This document shows positions 1 through 9,278 of a stretch of DNA of 64,000 nt, piece by piece. Below the pieces are notes generated by a model. The model searched no databases. It saw nothing but the letters and a program-made list of their open reading frames with translations, and was not told the origin of the DNA. A program made the position numbers and the translations under genes. Numbering within the stretch: the stretch's first letter is position 1; the number at the start of each line of letters is the position of its first letter. The DNA comes from an uncultured Mesorhizobium sp. (GTDB lineage: Bacteria; Pseudomonadota; Alphaproteobacteria; Rhizobiales; Rhizobiaceae), in contig CAZEEC010000001.1 in assembly GCA_964511105.1 (NCBI GenBank), positions 11,358-75,357 of the forward strand. The letters are read 5' to 3'.

Positions 1-1
1 G

Positions 2-169
2 CTTGCCGAAGGTGTCGCCACAGCGGGCATCGCACTTCAGATCGCCCGCGAGCGCCACATCGAAGTGCCGATCATCGAGGCGACGGCCGATCTTATCGAC
101 GGCCGCATCACGATGCAGGAGGCCGCCGCGCGCCTTCTCGCCCGCCCGCTCAAGAACGAACGGGACTGA
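2..169 (+). CDS. gpsA: NAD(P)H-dependent glycerol-3-phosphate dehydrogenase, C-terminal fragment (runs off window start)
   Basis: Frame 2 (not in ORF track) reads LAEGVATAGIALQIARERHIEVPIIEATADLIDGRITMQEAAARLLARPLKNERD*, the typical GpsA C-terminus (AEG...P...LL.RPLK.E). Confidence 0.85.
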   Translation, partial: LAEGVATAGIALQIARERHIEVPIIEATADLIDGRITMQEAAARLLARPLKNERD

Positions 170-172
170 CCA

Positions 173-736
173 TCATCGTGCCATCGAGTGGTATTCGTCA
201 TTGGGTCGCATGTCGATCGCGGCGGCGACCCGGTTCGACATGTTATAAAACCCGACCGTCGAAGCGATGTCGAAAATGTCACGGTCCGAGAAACCTGCAT
301 CCCGCAGGGCCTGCCGATCTCCTTCTTCAATCTTGTCGGGATTTTCGGTCAACTTGACCGCAAAATCGAGCATCGCTTTTTGCCTGGGCTCCAGTTCAGC
401 AGCGCGGTAGTTCATCGCGATCATTTCGCCGAGCTTGGGATCGCCGGACAGTTGTCGCACCGCCGCCCCATGGGCGGTCAGGCAGTAATAGCAGTGATTC
501 ACGGAGGAGACGGCAACGGCGATCATCTCACGCTCGAGTTTGGAAAGTCCAGACTCGCCCAGCATGAGGTCATTGTACATGTCGGTGAAGGCGCGCAGCT
601 TCTTCTCGTCGAAAGCATACGCCTTCAGGACATTCGGTACGAGACCGAGCTTTTCCTGACATTTGGCGAAATAGGCCTGGGTCCCGGCTGACAGTTCGGG
701 TTGTTCGATAGTGAGGGCCGTAATCTGCTGGTTCAT
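173..736 (-). CDS. Peroxidase-related enzyme, AhpD/carboxymuconolactone decarboxylase family
   Basis: EREMIAVAVSSVNHCYYCLTAH contains the AhpD CxxC..H motif; start moved to ATG 736 downstream of AAAGGA. Confidence 0.85.
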   Translation of the reverse strand: MNQQITALTIEQPELSAGTQAYFAKCQEKLGLVPNVLKAYAFDEKKLRAFTDMYNDLMLGESGLSKLEREMIAVAVSSVNHCYYCLTAHGAAVRQLSGDPKLGEMIAMNYRAAELEPRQKAMLDFAVKLTENPDKIEEGDRQALRDAGFSDRDIFDIASTVGFYNMSNRVAAAIDMRPNDEYHSMAR

Positions 737-867
737 CGTCATCTTCCTTTCAAATGTGTCGGCAGCCGATGCCGTATCGCTTTTCACCCATGAAAGCGGT
801 GCCACTTTGTTGCGCGATGATCTAGTCTGGTCAGCAAAACGGGCAAATTCCAGGGAGAGTGCCACAG

Positions 868-3800
868 ATGGCTTCGCTTGAGACCGCTTCCTTTCAAAAT
901 GGAACAACCGGGTCGGGGGCCGACAGGCTGGCCGCATTCTTCTATTCCCGCGCCCCGCAAGAAGATCGTGATGCTTACTCAAGGCAAGCATTTGCCACGG
1001 CCGGCGCGCTCGCCTTTCGCGCGCTGCAACGCCACAACCGCGGCGACAGTCTGATCGTCATCGACAATGAAGGCCAGATCGAGCGGCAAGACCGCCCGGT
1101 GACGGCAATCACGATCGTTAACGACAACATGCCGTTTCTGTTCGATTCGCTCATGGGCGAGATCACGGATTGTGCAGGTGAGGCGACGCTGGTTCTCCAT
1201 CCCGTGGTCCTCGTACGGCATGGGCCGTCTGGCGTCGGCGATCTGATAGGGGAGGCCGGCAGCGCCACAGGGGACGACAGGACTGATCGTGTCTCGGTCA
1301 TCCACGTTCACGTTACCAAGCTCACGGACGACGAAGCCCGTACCCTGAAGCGCCGTCTGGAATACGTGCTTTCTCAGGTCAAGCTTGCGGTCTCGAACTG
1401 GAAGCCGATGCTGTCGCGTCTCAATGAGGCAATCGGGGAATTTCGAGACCGTCCGGTTCCGATCGACCGAAACCAAGTCAACGAAGCGATCGCTTTCCTC
1501 GAATGGCTGCGCGACGACAATTTTACGTTTCTGGGGATGCGCGAACTGCGCTATTTCGGGGGCGAGGAAAGCGGCACCCTTGAACATGCGCCTGATGGCG
1601 GCCTTGGGATCCTCGCTGACGAAGAAGTGCGCGTGCTACGCCGCGGAGGCGAGCCTGTCACAACGACGCCTGAACTGCGCGCCTTCCTCCACGGGCCTGA
1701 GGCGCTGCTCGTCACCAAGGCCAATGCCAAGTCAGTCGTCCATCGGCGCATTTATCTCGACTATATCGGCATCAAGACATTCGACCCGTCGGGACGGTTG
1801 ATCGGGGAGTTGCGCATCGTCGGCCTGTTCACGTCGACGGCCTATACCCGCTCGGTCCTGAAAATCCCGTATCTGAGGTCAAAGGCGCAGGCGGTCGTGG
1901 ATAGGTCGGGTTTCGACCCTCACGACCACTCTGGAAAGGCGCTCATCAACGTGCTGGAATCCTTTCCGCGAGACGAGCTCTTCCAAATCCCGCTGGCATT
2001 GCTGCACGATCATGTCGCGGCGATCCTCGCGCTTGGCGAGCGCCCGCGCGTCCGCCTTCTCTACCGTGTGGACCAGTTCGATCGGTTCGTTTCGGCACTC
2101 GTCTATGTGCCGCGCGACCGCTACGACTCCGACGGGCGCGAGCGGATCGGGCGATATCTCGCCAAAGCATTCGACGGGCGGTTGTCTGCCTATTATCCGG
2201 CCTTCCCCGAAGGCACCCTCGCCCGCGTCCATTTCATTATCGGCCGCTCGCATGGCAAGACGCCGGAGGTCGATACGAACGAATTGGAAGCCGTCATTCG
2301 CGCCATCGTGCGCAGTTGGGACGATGCGCTTCGCGAGGAGGTCACGGAAAAGGGGGGCGACCCGAAACTTGCCGAACTGGCCGCCGACTTTCCCCAGGCC
2401 TATCGGAACAGTTTTTCCGCTTCCGCCGCGATGCGCGACGCCGCGCTGATCTCGCAAATCGATGACGACCGGACGATCGCGATCAATTTCTATCGCGAGG
2501 CCGGAGAAGACCCCTCGCATGCCGGGCTCAAGATCTATCACCACGGCGAGCCCGTGGCCCTTTCCAGACGAGTCCCCCTTCTTGAGAATATGGGGTTCAG
2601 GGTCATTTCGGAGCGGACCTTCGAAATCGCCCGGCCTGAGACAAGACCGGTCTTCCTGCACGATATGGAACTGGAAAGCGCGCTCGAAAAATCGGTCGAT
2701 CTGAGCAATGGCGGCGCCCTCTTGGCCGGCGTATTCCTGTCGGTCTGGAACGGAAAAAGCGACAATGACGCCTATGCGGCGCTTGTCCAGACCGCGGGTC
2801 TGGCGGCCCCCACCATCGGGCTCCTTCGTGCCTATGGCCGATACATGCAGCAGGCGGGCATTCCTCAAAACGACGCCTTCGTGGCCTCTGTTCTCAACCG
2901 CTATCCAGAAATTACCAGCCACCTCGTCGCACTGTTTTCGGCTCGTTTCGACCCGGTTCAGTCCGAAGGTCGCACGGCTGCAGCCGAAAATGCCGTCGAA
3001 TCGATCAACACCGCTCTCGAATCCGTCCCCCAGATCGATGATGATGCGATCATCCGTAGGTATCTCGACCTTATCCAGTCGACGCTGCGCACCAACTTCT
3101 ACGCTCCCGAGAAAGAGGGCGTCTCGCTCGCTTTCAAGATCGATTCGCAGGCACTCCGGGGGCTTCCGGAGCCGCGGCCATGGCGCGAAATCTTCGTGTA
3201 TGGACCGCAAGTCGAAGGCGTACATCTCCGCTACGGAGCGGTGGCGCGTGGCGGGTTGCGGTGGTCGGATCGGGCGCAGGACTACCGCACCGAAGTGCTC
3301 GGGCTCGTCAAGGCGCAGCAGGTCAAGAACGCCGTCATCGTGCCCGTGGGCGCGAAGGGCGGCTTCGTTCCAAAGCAACTGCCGGCCGGTGGCGATCGCG
3401 GGGCAATCTTCCAGGCGGGCAAGAAAGCCTATATCAACTTTATCACGTCGCTCCTGTCGGTCACCGACAATCTGCAAGATGGCAAGGTCGTTCCACCCGA
3501 AGCGGTCGTTTGCCACGATGGCGACGATCCCTATTTCGTGGTGGCGGCCGACAAGGGCACGGCGACGTTTTCCGACACGGCCAACGCGATCAGCCAGGAG
3601 CAGGACTTCTGGCTCGATGATGCCTTCGCGTCCGGCGGCTCCGCCGGCTACGATCATAAAAAGATGGGCATCACCGCGCGCGGCGCCTGGGAAGCGGTCA
3701 AGCGGCATTTCCGCGAAATGAACCGCGACATCCAGACCGAGCCATTCACCGTCGCCGGCGTCGGCGACATGTCGGGCGACGTGTTCGGAAACGGCATGCT

Positions 3801-5646
3801 CCTGTCCAGGGCGACAAGGCTGATCGCGGCCTTCGACCATCGCGACATCTTCATCGATCCCGATCCCGACCCCGCCGTGTCGTTCGAAGAACGCCAGCGG
3901 CTCTTCGATAAGCCGCAGTCGAGTTGGCAAGACTATGATCGGACCAAGCTGTCCGACGGCGGCATTATCGCCTCGCGCAGCCAAAAGACCATCGAGTTGT
4001 CGCCTCAGGCCGCATCTGCGATCGGATTGTCTGGAACGCGGTCAACGCCCGTGGAGATCATGCGGGCCATCCTGACGGCCAGAGTTGATCTTCTCTGGTT
4101 CGGCGGAATCGGGACGTATGTGCGCGCCGAAAGCGAAAGCAACGCGGACGTTGGCGACAAGGCCAATGACACGCTGCGGGTGACGGCAAGCCAGATCGGC
4201 GCCACGGTGATCGGCGAAGGCGCCAATCTGGGCATGACGCAGCGCGCGCGCATCGAGTTCGGCCTGCATGGCGGCCGCTGCAATTCGGACGCCATCGACA
4301 ATTCGGCCGGCGTGAACTCGTCGGACCTCGAGGTCAATATCAAGATCGCGCTGGCCTCTGTCCTCAGAACCGGCGCTTTGACCCGCGCGGATCGCGACGA
4401 ACTTCTGGCCGACATGACCGATGAGGTTGCCGATCTCGTCCTCGCCAACAATTACCGCCAGCCGCTGGCGATCTCGCTCGCGTCGCGTCGCGGCGCGGCT
4501 GATCTTGGCCATCAGGAACGCTTCATGGCGGCGCTCGAGGAACGCGGCCTGCTGGACCGTGGCGTCGAGGTGCTGCCGAACTCGCAGGCGATCGCCGAGC
4601 GGCAGGCGCGCTCGCAACCACTGACGCGGGCCGAGATCGGCGTCCTGCTGGCCTATGCGAAGATCGTCCTGTTCGACGACATCGTGGCCAGCGAACTTCC
4701 GGACGATCCGCATCTGGAAGCCGATCTCCTGTCCTATTTTCCGCACGCGATGGTCGCGCGGTTCTCCGACGCGATCCAGACCCATCGGCTGCGACGCGAA
4801 ATCATCGCGACCCAACTTGCCAACGAAGCCGTCAATTACGGCGGACCGTCCTTCATCAACCGGCTGCAGAACCTGGGCGGCAGTTCGGCACCGGAAGTCG
4901 CCGCTGCGTTCGCGATCGTGCGCGACGGCTTCGAACTAGCCGCGCTCTATGCCGATATCGACGCGCTGGACGCCAAGATTGATGGCTCGGCGCAACTGGA
5001 ACTTTACCAGGAAGTCGGCCGGCTGGTCCATCTGGCAAGCGGCTGGTTCCTGAAAAACGACCTGTCGAACAAGAAGATCGGCGCCGAAGTCGAGAGCCTG
5101 CGAAAGGCGCGTCGAACGCTGGAGCCGAAGCTTGCATCGCTGCTGCCCGAATTCGTGCAGCACGGGCAGGCGGAGCGCGTCGAAAGCCTTGTGCAGTCAG
5201 GCGTGCCGCGTGAACTGGCGGACCGAATCGCCCAATTGCACATCGCCGAACTTATTCCCGATATCGCTCTTGTCGCCGCGTCGGCGAAGGTGGAACTGGA
5301 GATTGCCGCCGCTGCATTTTTCGCCGTGACCGAGATTTTCCGGATCGGTCGCATCTCCGAAGCTGCTCGCTCGATTTCCATCGCCGATCATTACGACGAA
5401 CTGGCGCTGACGCGCGTATCGGACCAGATCAATGCCGCGCGTCGCGGTATTGCGGTCTTGGCGCTCACCAGTTTTCCCGTCTCGGCAACGCCGGTGCAGG
5501 AGTGGGTCGAAGCCGGCGGCCAAGGGACGGAACGGGCGCGCGGCCGGCTGCAAAGCCTCACCGAAAGCGGGGAGATCACCCTATCGCGGCTGATGCTGGC
5601 ATCGGGGCTGATGTCCGATCTTGCCGGCGCCGCAGAGACGTCTTAG
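868..5646 (+). CDS. gdhB: Large NAD-specific glutamate dehydrogenase (GdhB/GdhZ type)
   Basis: About 1590 aa with VARGGLRWSDR, VKNAVIVPVGAKGGF, VVAADKGTATFSD, GYDHKKMGITARGAW and GVGDMSGDVFGNGML motifs. Confidence 0.95.
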   Translation: MASLETASFQNGTTGSGADRLAAFFYSRAPQEDRDAYSRQAFATAGALAFRALQRHNRGDSLIVIDNEGQIERQDRPVTAITIVNDNMPFLFDSLMGEITDCAGEATLVLHPVVLVRHGPSGVGDLIGEAGSATGDDRTDRVSVIHVHVTKLTDDEARTLKRRLEYVLSQVKLAVSNWKPMLSRLNEAIGEFRDRPVPIDRNQVNEAIAFLEWLRDDNFTFLGMRELRYFGGEESGTLEHAPDGGLGILADEEVRVLRRGGEPVTTTPELRAFLHGPEALLVTKANAKSVVHRRIYLDYIGIKTFDPSGRLIGELRIVGLFTSTAYTRSVLKIPYLRSKAQAVVDRSGFDPHDHSGKALINVLESFPRDELFQIPLALLHDHVAAILALGERPRVRLLYRVDQFDRFVSALVYVPRDRYDSDGRERIGRYLAKAFDGRLSAYYPAFPEGTLARVHFIIGRSHGKTPEVDTNELEAVIRAIVRSWDDALREEVTEKGGDPKLAELAADFPQAYRNSFSASAAMRDAALISQIDDDRTIAINFYREAGEDPSHAGLKIYHHGEPVALSRRVPLLENMGFRVISERTFEIARPETRPVFLHDMELESALEKSVDLSNGGALLAGVFLSVWNGKSDNDAYAALVQTAGLAAPTIGLLRAYGRYMQQAGIPQNDAFVASVLNRYPEITSHLVALFSARFDPVQSEGRTAAAENAVESINTALESVPQIDDDAIIRRYLDLIQSTLRTNFYAPEKEGVSLAFKIDSQALRGLPEPRPWREIFVYGPQVEGVHLRYGAVARGGLRWSDRAQDYRTEVLGLVKAQQVKNAVIVPVGAKGGFVPKQLPAGGDRGAIFQAGKKAYINFITSLLSVTDNLQDGKVVPPEAVVCHDGDDPYFVVAADKGTATFSDTANAISQEQDFWLDDAFASGGSAGYDHKKMGITARGAWEAVKRHFREMNRDIQTEPFTVAGVGDMSGDVFGNGMLLSRATRLIAAFDHRDIFIDPDPDPAVSFEERQRLFDKPQSSWQDYDRTKLSDGGIIASRSQKTIELSPQAASAIGLSGTRSTPVEIMRAILTARVDLLWFGGIGTYVRAESESNADVGDKANDTLRVTASQIGATVIGEGANLGMTQRARIEFGLHGGRCNSDAIDNSAGVNSSDLEVNIKIALASVLRTGALTRADRDELLADMTDEVADLVLANNYRQPLAISLASRRGAADLGHQERFMAALEERGLLDRGVEVLPNSQAIAERQARSQPLTRAEIGVLLAYAKIVLFDDIVASELPDDPHLEADLLSYFPHAMVARFSDAIQTHRLRREIIATQLANEAVNYGGPSFINRLQNLGGSSAPEVAAAFAIVRDGFELAALYADIDALDAKIDGSAQLELYQEVGRLVHLASGWFLKNDLSNKKIGAEVESLRKARRTLEPKLASLLPEFVQHGQAERVESLVQSGVPRELADRIAQLHIAELIPDIALVAASAKVELEIAAAAFFAVTEIFRIGRISEAARSISIADHYDELALTRVSDQINAARRGIAVLALTSFPVSATPVQEWVEAGGQGTERARGRLQSLTESGEITLSRLMLASGLMSDLAGAAETS

Positions 5647-5680
5647 CGCGTCGGGGTTGCGGAGTGGCAGAGGGGATGAC

Positions 5681-7072
5681 ATGAGCCGACAGGTGGAAGC
5701 GCGCGCCTCGAAGCGGGGCATCTGGGGCTGGATGCTGTTCGACTGGGCGCAGCAGCCTTTTCACACGCTGATCATCACTTTTGTCTTCGCACCCTATTTC
5801 GCTGCGGCCGTCGCGCCCGATGCCGCGCGCGGGCAGGAATTGTGGGGCTATGCCACCGGCATTGGCGGGCTGCTGATCGCATTTTCCTCGCCGGTGCTGG
5901 GCGCCATCGCCGATGCGAACGGGCCGCGCAAGCCCTGGGTCGTCGCATTCTCGGTGTTCGGCGTCATCGCCTGCTGGATGCTCTGGTTCGCCGAGCCCGG
6001 CATGAATGACCTGACCTGGATCCTGATCATTATTGCGGCGGCCGTCTTCGGCATTGAATATGCGGCCGTCTTCAACAATGCGATGATGCCGACATTGGTG
6101 CCGCGCGCAGAACTCGGCCGCCTGTCAGGCTCGGCCTGGGGGCTCGGCTATGTTGGCGGGCTGATCTCGCTGATCCTGGTGCTGGGGTTCATGTCGGCCT
6201 CGCCAGAGACCGGCCGCACCTTGCTCGGTTTCGAGCCGATCCTCGGTCTCGACCCGCAGATGCGCGAAGGCGATCGGGCGGCGGGACCTTTGACTGCGAT
6301 CTGGTATGTCGTCTTCACACTGCCGATGTTGCTCTTCACGCCCGACATCAAGCGGAAACCGGCGATCAGGGGGGCTATTCGAGACGGCTTGTCCAAGCTC
6401 AGGCAGACGCTCAAGCGGCTGCCGTCGGAGCGGAGCTATTTCTCGTTCCTCATCTCGTCGATGTTTTACCGCGACGGCCTCAACGCACTCTATGCATTCG
6501 GCGGCATCTATGCGGCGGGCGTGCTCGGGATGAGCATCATCCAGATCGGCATTTTCGGGATCCTGTCGAACATCACCGGCGCGATCGGCGCCTATGTCGG
6601 CGGACGGATGGATGAGCGGCGCGGCCCCAAGCTCGTCGTCGCGTGGTCTGGCATCACGCTCGCGCTTTGCTGTGCCTTGATCATCTCGACGACGCAAACT
6701 CAGGTGCTTTTCATCCCGGTGGTCGAAGGCAGCCCCCTGCCGATCCTGGCCTTTTACCTCGCCGGTTGCCTGATCGGCGCCGCCGGCGGATCGATCCAGG
6801 CCGCCTCGCGCACGCTGCTTGTCGACCAGGTCGATTCGGATCGTGTGACCGAAGCCTTCGGCCTTTATGCGCTCTCCGGCAAGGCGACGACCTTCATCGG
6901 GCCCCTCTCGATCGCCGTCGTCACGGGTCTGGTCGCCTCGGAAGGTTTCGGCCTGTCGCCTGTCGATGCGCAGCGCGTCGGGGTGACGCCGATCATCGTC
7001 CTCCTCCTGATCGGTCTGGCGCTGCTGCCTTGGGTGCGGAGCCGTCATCATGAGGTTGCCGCGCGGACCTGA
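5681..7072 (+). CDS. MFS transporter, UMF1/Atg22-like family
   Basis: WGWMLFDWAQQPF N-terminus, about 12 hydrophobic segments, GGSIQAASRTLL and AFGLYALSGK motifs; GAGGGG SD before ATG 5681. Confidence 0.85.
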   Translation: MSRQVEARASKRGIWGWMLFDWAQQPFHTLIITFVFAPYFAAAVAPDAARGQELWGYATGIGGLLIAFSSPVLGAIADANGPRKPWVVAFSVFGVIACWMLWFAEPGMNDLTWILIIIAAAVFGIEYAAVFNNAMMPTLVPRAELGRLSGSAWGLGYVGGLISLILVLGFMSASPETGRTLLGFEPILGLDPQMREGDRAAGPLTAIWYVVFTLPMLLFTPDIKRKPAIRGAIRDGLSKLRQTLKRLPSERSYFSFLISSMFYRDGLNALYAFGGIYAAGVLGMSIIQIGIFGILSNITGAIGAYVGGRMDERRGPKLVVAWSGITLALCCALIISTTQTQVLFIPVVEGSPLPILAFYLAGCLIGAAGGSIQAASRTLLVDQVDSDRVTEAFGLYALSGKATTFIGPLSIAVVTGLVASEGFGLSPVDAQRVGVTPIIVLLLIGLALLPWVRSRHHEVAART

Positions 7073-7081
7073 GCCGGTGGC

Positions 7082-7110
7082 CTTGTCATTTACGCGTTCA
7101 TGTCCCACAT
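7082..7110 (+). promoter_or_regulatory. Putative sigma70/RpoH-type promoter for the small RNA locus
   Basis: CTTGTC-N17-CCACAT, close to the rhizobial CTTGAC-N17-CTATAT consensus. Confidence 0.55.
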
Positions 7111-7147
7111 TGGGCGCATGTTCAACAAACTGGAAGGAGGTGATCCG

Positions 7148-7216
7148 ATGTCGAGTGCACTCGTTACCCGTAGCGTGGCCGAAGCGGATTGCTCCTTCAG
7201 GAAGCAGTCTTCCTGA
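7148..7216 (+). CDS. 22-aa micro-ORF MSSALVTRSVAEADCSFRKQSS
   Basis: ATG lies 7 nt after GGAGG of an extended perfect SD; too short for the ORF track. Confidence 0.5.
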   Translation: MSSALVTRSVAEADCSFRKQSS

Positions 7217-7282
7217 CGGAATTAATGCGCGGCCGGGGCCTTTGAGGCCATCCGGCAGCCGCGCTGCGGACGACAGTCACGG

Positions 7283-7312
7283 AAGGGTCGCCTTAACCGG
7301 CGGCCCTTTTTT
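7283..7312 (+). terminator. Rho-independent terminator
   Basis: AAGGGTCGCC-TTAACC-GGCGGCCCTT followed by a T-run. Confidence 0.8.
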
Positions 7313-7333
7313 CGTGCGCCTGATCTTCTTTGC

Positions 7334-8722
7334 CTACATGCTCAGATAGAGCCGCTCGGTGTTGCGGATGATCTCCTGGAACGCGGCATCGAGTTCCGGT
7401 CCGGTCGATGCTTCGAAATAATGCCGGACCGCGCCGCTATCTCTGCTGGCGCAGTTCTGGAGGACGGTCCTGGCGTTCCGCTCCTTCAGATCGAAGCCGA
7501 TCGTGAAGATTTCGATGTCGTCCTTCTTCATTGCCGTGCACAAGGCTTCGGCGTTGGCGCGCGAGGCGCTGTCCTGCTCGTAAACCTCGCCGCGCGCCCT
7601 GCCTCCGGCATAGACCGTGTTGAATTCGCCATCCGTCATCAAGATCGCGATCTTGCGCACCTTCTTCGCATCGTCGTCCGCCGGTCCGTCGCCGAGACGC
7701 GCATTGTTAATCGTGCGCCGCCAGTGCCGCGAGAGCATGTAGCGCGTCCACTGGATGCCGATCGCGCCGCCCGTCCAGCCATTGGCGGAAAACGCGTTGA
7801 TCGACCGCTTCAGCGCATCGGCGTCGGCCGTCAAAGGCACGACCGTAGCGCGCGGGCAGTCGGCCGTCTTCAGCCGGTCATCGCGATTCACCTTTGCAAG
7901 ATAGCGCTTTTCCTCATCGTCAGGGTAATGGCGGATCGAATCCGGTCCGTAGGCCGTCGTATCGGCCGAACCGTTGGGCAGCTTGCGCTCCGTCGCGCAA
8001 TTGTCGCTGTAACTGCCCGTATTGGCGGCGACAAAGCGGGTAGGCGCGTCGATATAGGGCGGCAGGTCGATGCCGCCGGTCTTTTCCTGAAACACCGCAG
8101 CGCGCGCCAGCGCACCGACATTGACGGCCTGCGCATAAGGCACGATCGAGACGCGCACGCGCGGATCGCGGACATTCTGCCCGCCGAGCAGGGCGTCGAC
8201 GGCGTTGGTCGCCGCATGTCTGAGATCCCGGATTTTCTGTCCGCTCATTGAGCCCGTCACGTCGAGCATCATCGCGACCTCGACTTTCTGGTCCGAATAG
8301 ACCGCCGCCGTGCGCGCGCCTACGGACCGGACCGGGTCGCCGCCGAACAGCGGAAACGCAAGCGCGACATTGGCAGTCGCCGTGGCATCGACTGTCTTGG
8401 CGCTGCGATCCACGACCACGTTGTCCAGCGTCACCGCGCCCGTGCGCGCAAACGAGCCGCCGCCATTGGTAATGAGGAAAGCCTCGATCGAGGCGCGCGC
8501 GTCCGCTTCCGCGATGACGCCCGTCGTCAGATCGCGCGCCGTCGACGCGACAGCTGCGTCAAGCGAGTTCTGCAGCGCCGACCGCGTGTTCATCAGTTGC
8601 GCGGTATTGACGCCGAAGCCGGCGCTGACCGCCAGCATCGAGATCATTGCGCCGGTCAGGATCGCGAAATTCCCGCTACGGTCCGATGCGAAGCGCCTCA
8701 AACTTCCTGCAATGCGTGCCAT
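7334..8722 (-). CDS. TadG-like pilus assembly protein with vWA domain
   Basis: N-terminal pseudopilin motif DRSGNFAILT plus hydrophobic helix; MIDAS LDVTGSM; ILMTDGEFN; IEIFTIGF; GAGGAG SD before ATG 8722. Confidence 0.85.
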   Translation of the reverse strand: MARIAGSLRRFASDRSGNFAILTGAMISMLAVSAGFGVNTAQLMNTRSALQNSLDAAVASTARDLTTGVIAEADARASIEAFLITNGGGSFARTGAVTLDNVVVDRSAKTVDATATANVALAFPLFGGDPVRSVGARTAAVYSDQKVEVAMMLDVTGSMSGQKIRDLRHAATNAVDALLGGQNVRDPRVRVSIVPYAQAVNVGALARAAVFQEKTGGIDLPPYIDAPTRFVAANTGSYSDNCATERKLPNGSADTTAYGPDSIRHYPDDEEKRYLAKVNRDDRLKTADCPRATVVPLTADADALKRSINAFSANGWTGGAIGIQWTRYMLSRHWRRTINNARLGDGPADDDAKKVRKIAILMTDGEFNTVYAGGRARGEVYEQDSASRANAEALCTAMKKDDIEIFTIGFDLKERNARTVLQNCASRDSGAVRHYFEASTGPELDAAFQEIIRNTERLYLSM

Positions 8723-8832
8723 CTGTCTCTCCTCGTCGGCCGCCGCGGCCGTTCGTGACAGAAGGTGCAGGTCCAGGGCCAGAACCCGGCGCCGGAACAT
8801 CCGGAGACATCAAGTTATTGAAAGAGTGGATC

Positions 8833-8864
8833 TTTACCGGTGATTAACGTTAGCAAAAGGTTAA
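8833..8864 (-). promoter_or_regulatory. Two tandem CtrA-like boxes upstream of the tadG-like gene
   Basis: Minus strand TTAA-CCTTTTG-CTAAC (8864-8849) and TTAA-TCACCGG-TAAA (8847-8833) versus consensus TTAA-N7-TTAA(C). Confidence 0.6.
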
Positions 8865-8967
8865 AGCCGGCTATTGTTCGGAAGGTGAAACCGCAGTCGT
8901 TACATGGGCGTCCCAGTTTGGACCGGTACGCGCCCAATTTTGGAACGTTCCGAGCTATAGCATCCGC

Positions 8968-9177
8968 TTAGAAATCGCTGGCGCGGCCTTTGATTTCCCA
9001 GTCGCCATAGCGAGACGGGTCGCGCCCGCCGCGGCCACCATGTTCGATGGGCAAATCCCCCTCGAAAGCGTCATAGCGACGGCGGCGCGCCTCAGCCTCG
9101 GCCAAGGCTCGTCGGGCTGCGTCCGTCAGGGAACGCGGCTGCGTCGGAACCGTTGCTTCTTTGGGATTCTCGGACAT
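8968..9177 (-). CDS. DUF1674 / SDHAF4-like small protein
   Basis: C-terminal GGRGGRDPSRYGDWEIKGRASDF signature. Confidence 0.9.
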   Translation of the reverse strand: MSENPKEATVPTQPRSLTDAARRALAEAEARRRRYDAFEGDLPIEHGGRGGRDPSRYGDWEIKGRASDF

Positions 9178-9278
9178 GGTTCTCCGGCTCCGCCATATTG
9201 AAATGAGCTGTTGATCTGCCCATCATATAGGCTGCATTCACCTGCTTTGCGATCATCGACCAGACGAAGGACCCCGCG

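Larger units (their letters stand above)
7117..7312 (+). ncRNA. Putative structured small RNA (about 195 nt) containing a micro-ORF; from memory similar to the Rhizobiales BjrC1505-type sRNA (unverified)
   Basis: Has its own promoter, AAGGAGGTGATCC at 7134-7146, a long hairpin (GCGCGGC 7227-7233 / GCCGCGC 7258-7264 with inner CGG/CCG and GGCC/GGCC stems) and a terminator. The 5' end is approximate. Confidence 0.6.

Noticed and set aside
1879-3984. 701-aa minus-strand ORF
   Set aside because: Antisense shadow of the glutamate dehydrogenase gene; typical of high-GC codon bias, with no recognisable motifs.
7134-7146. Possible 16S rRNA fragment on the minus strand
   Set aside because: The match stops after 13 nt (no continuation as AGCCGCA); it sits as an SD before an ATG.
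7214-7264. TGA followed by a hairpin as a possible selenocysteine/SECIS readthrough
   Set aside because: An in-frame TAA follows two codons later (TGA CGG AAT TAA), so readthrough would add almost nothing.
9197-9226. RpoH promoter for htpX (ATTGAA-N16-CCCATC)
   Set aside because: Biologically plausible, but the match is too loose to list as a feature.
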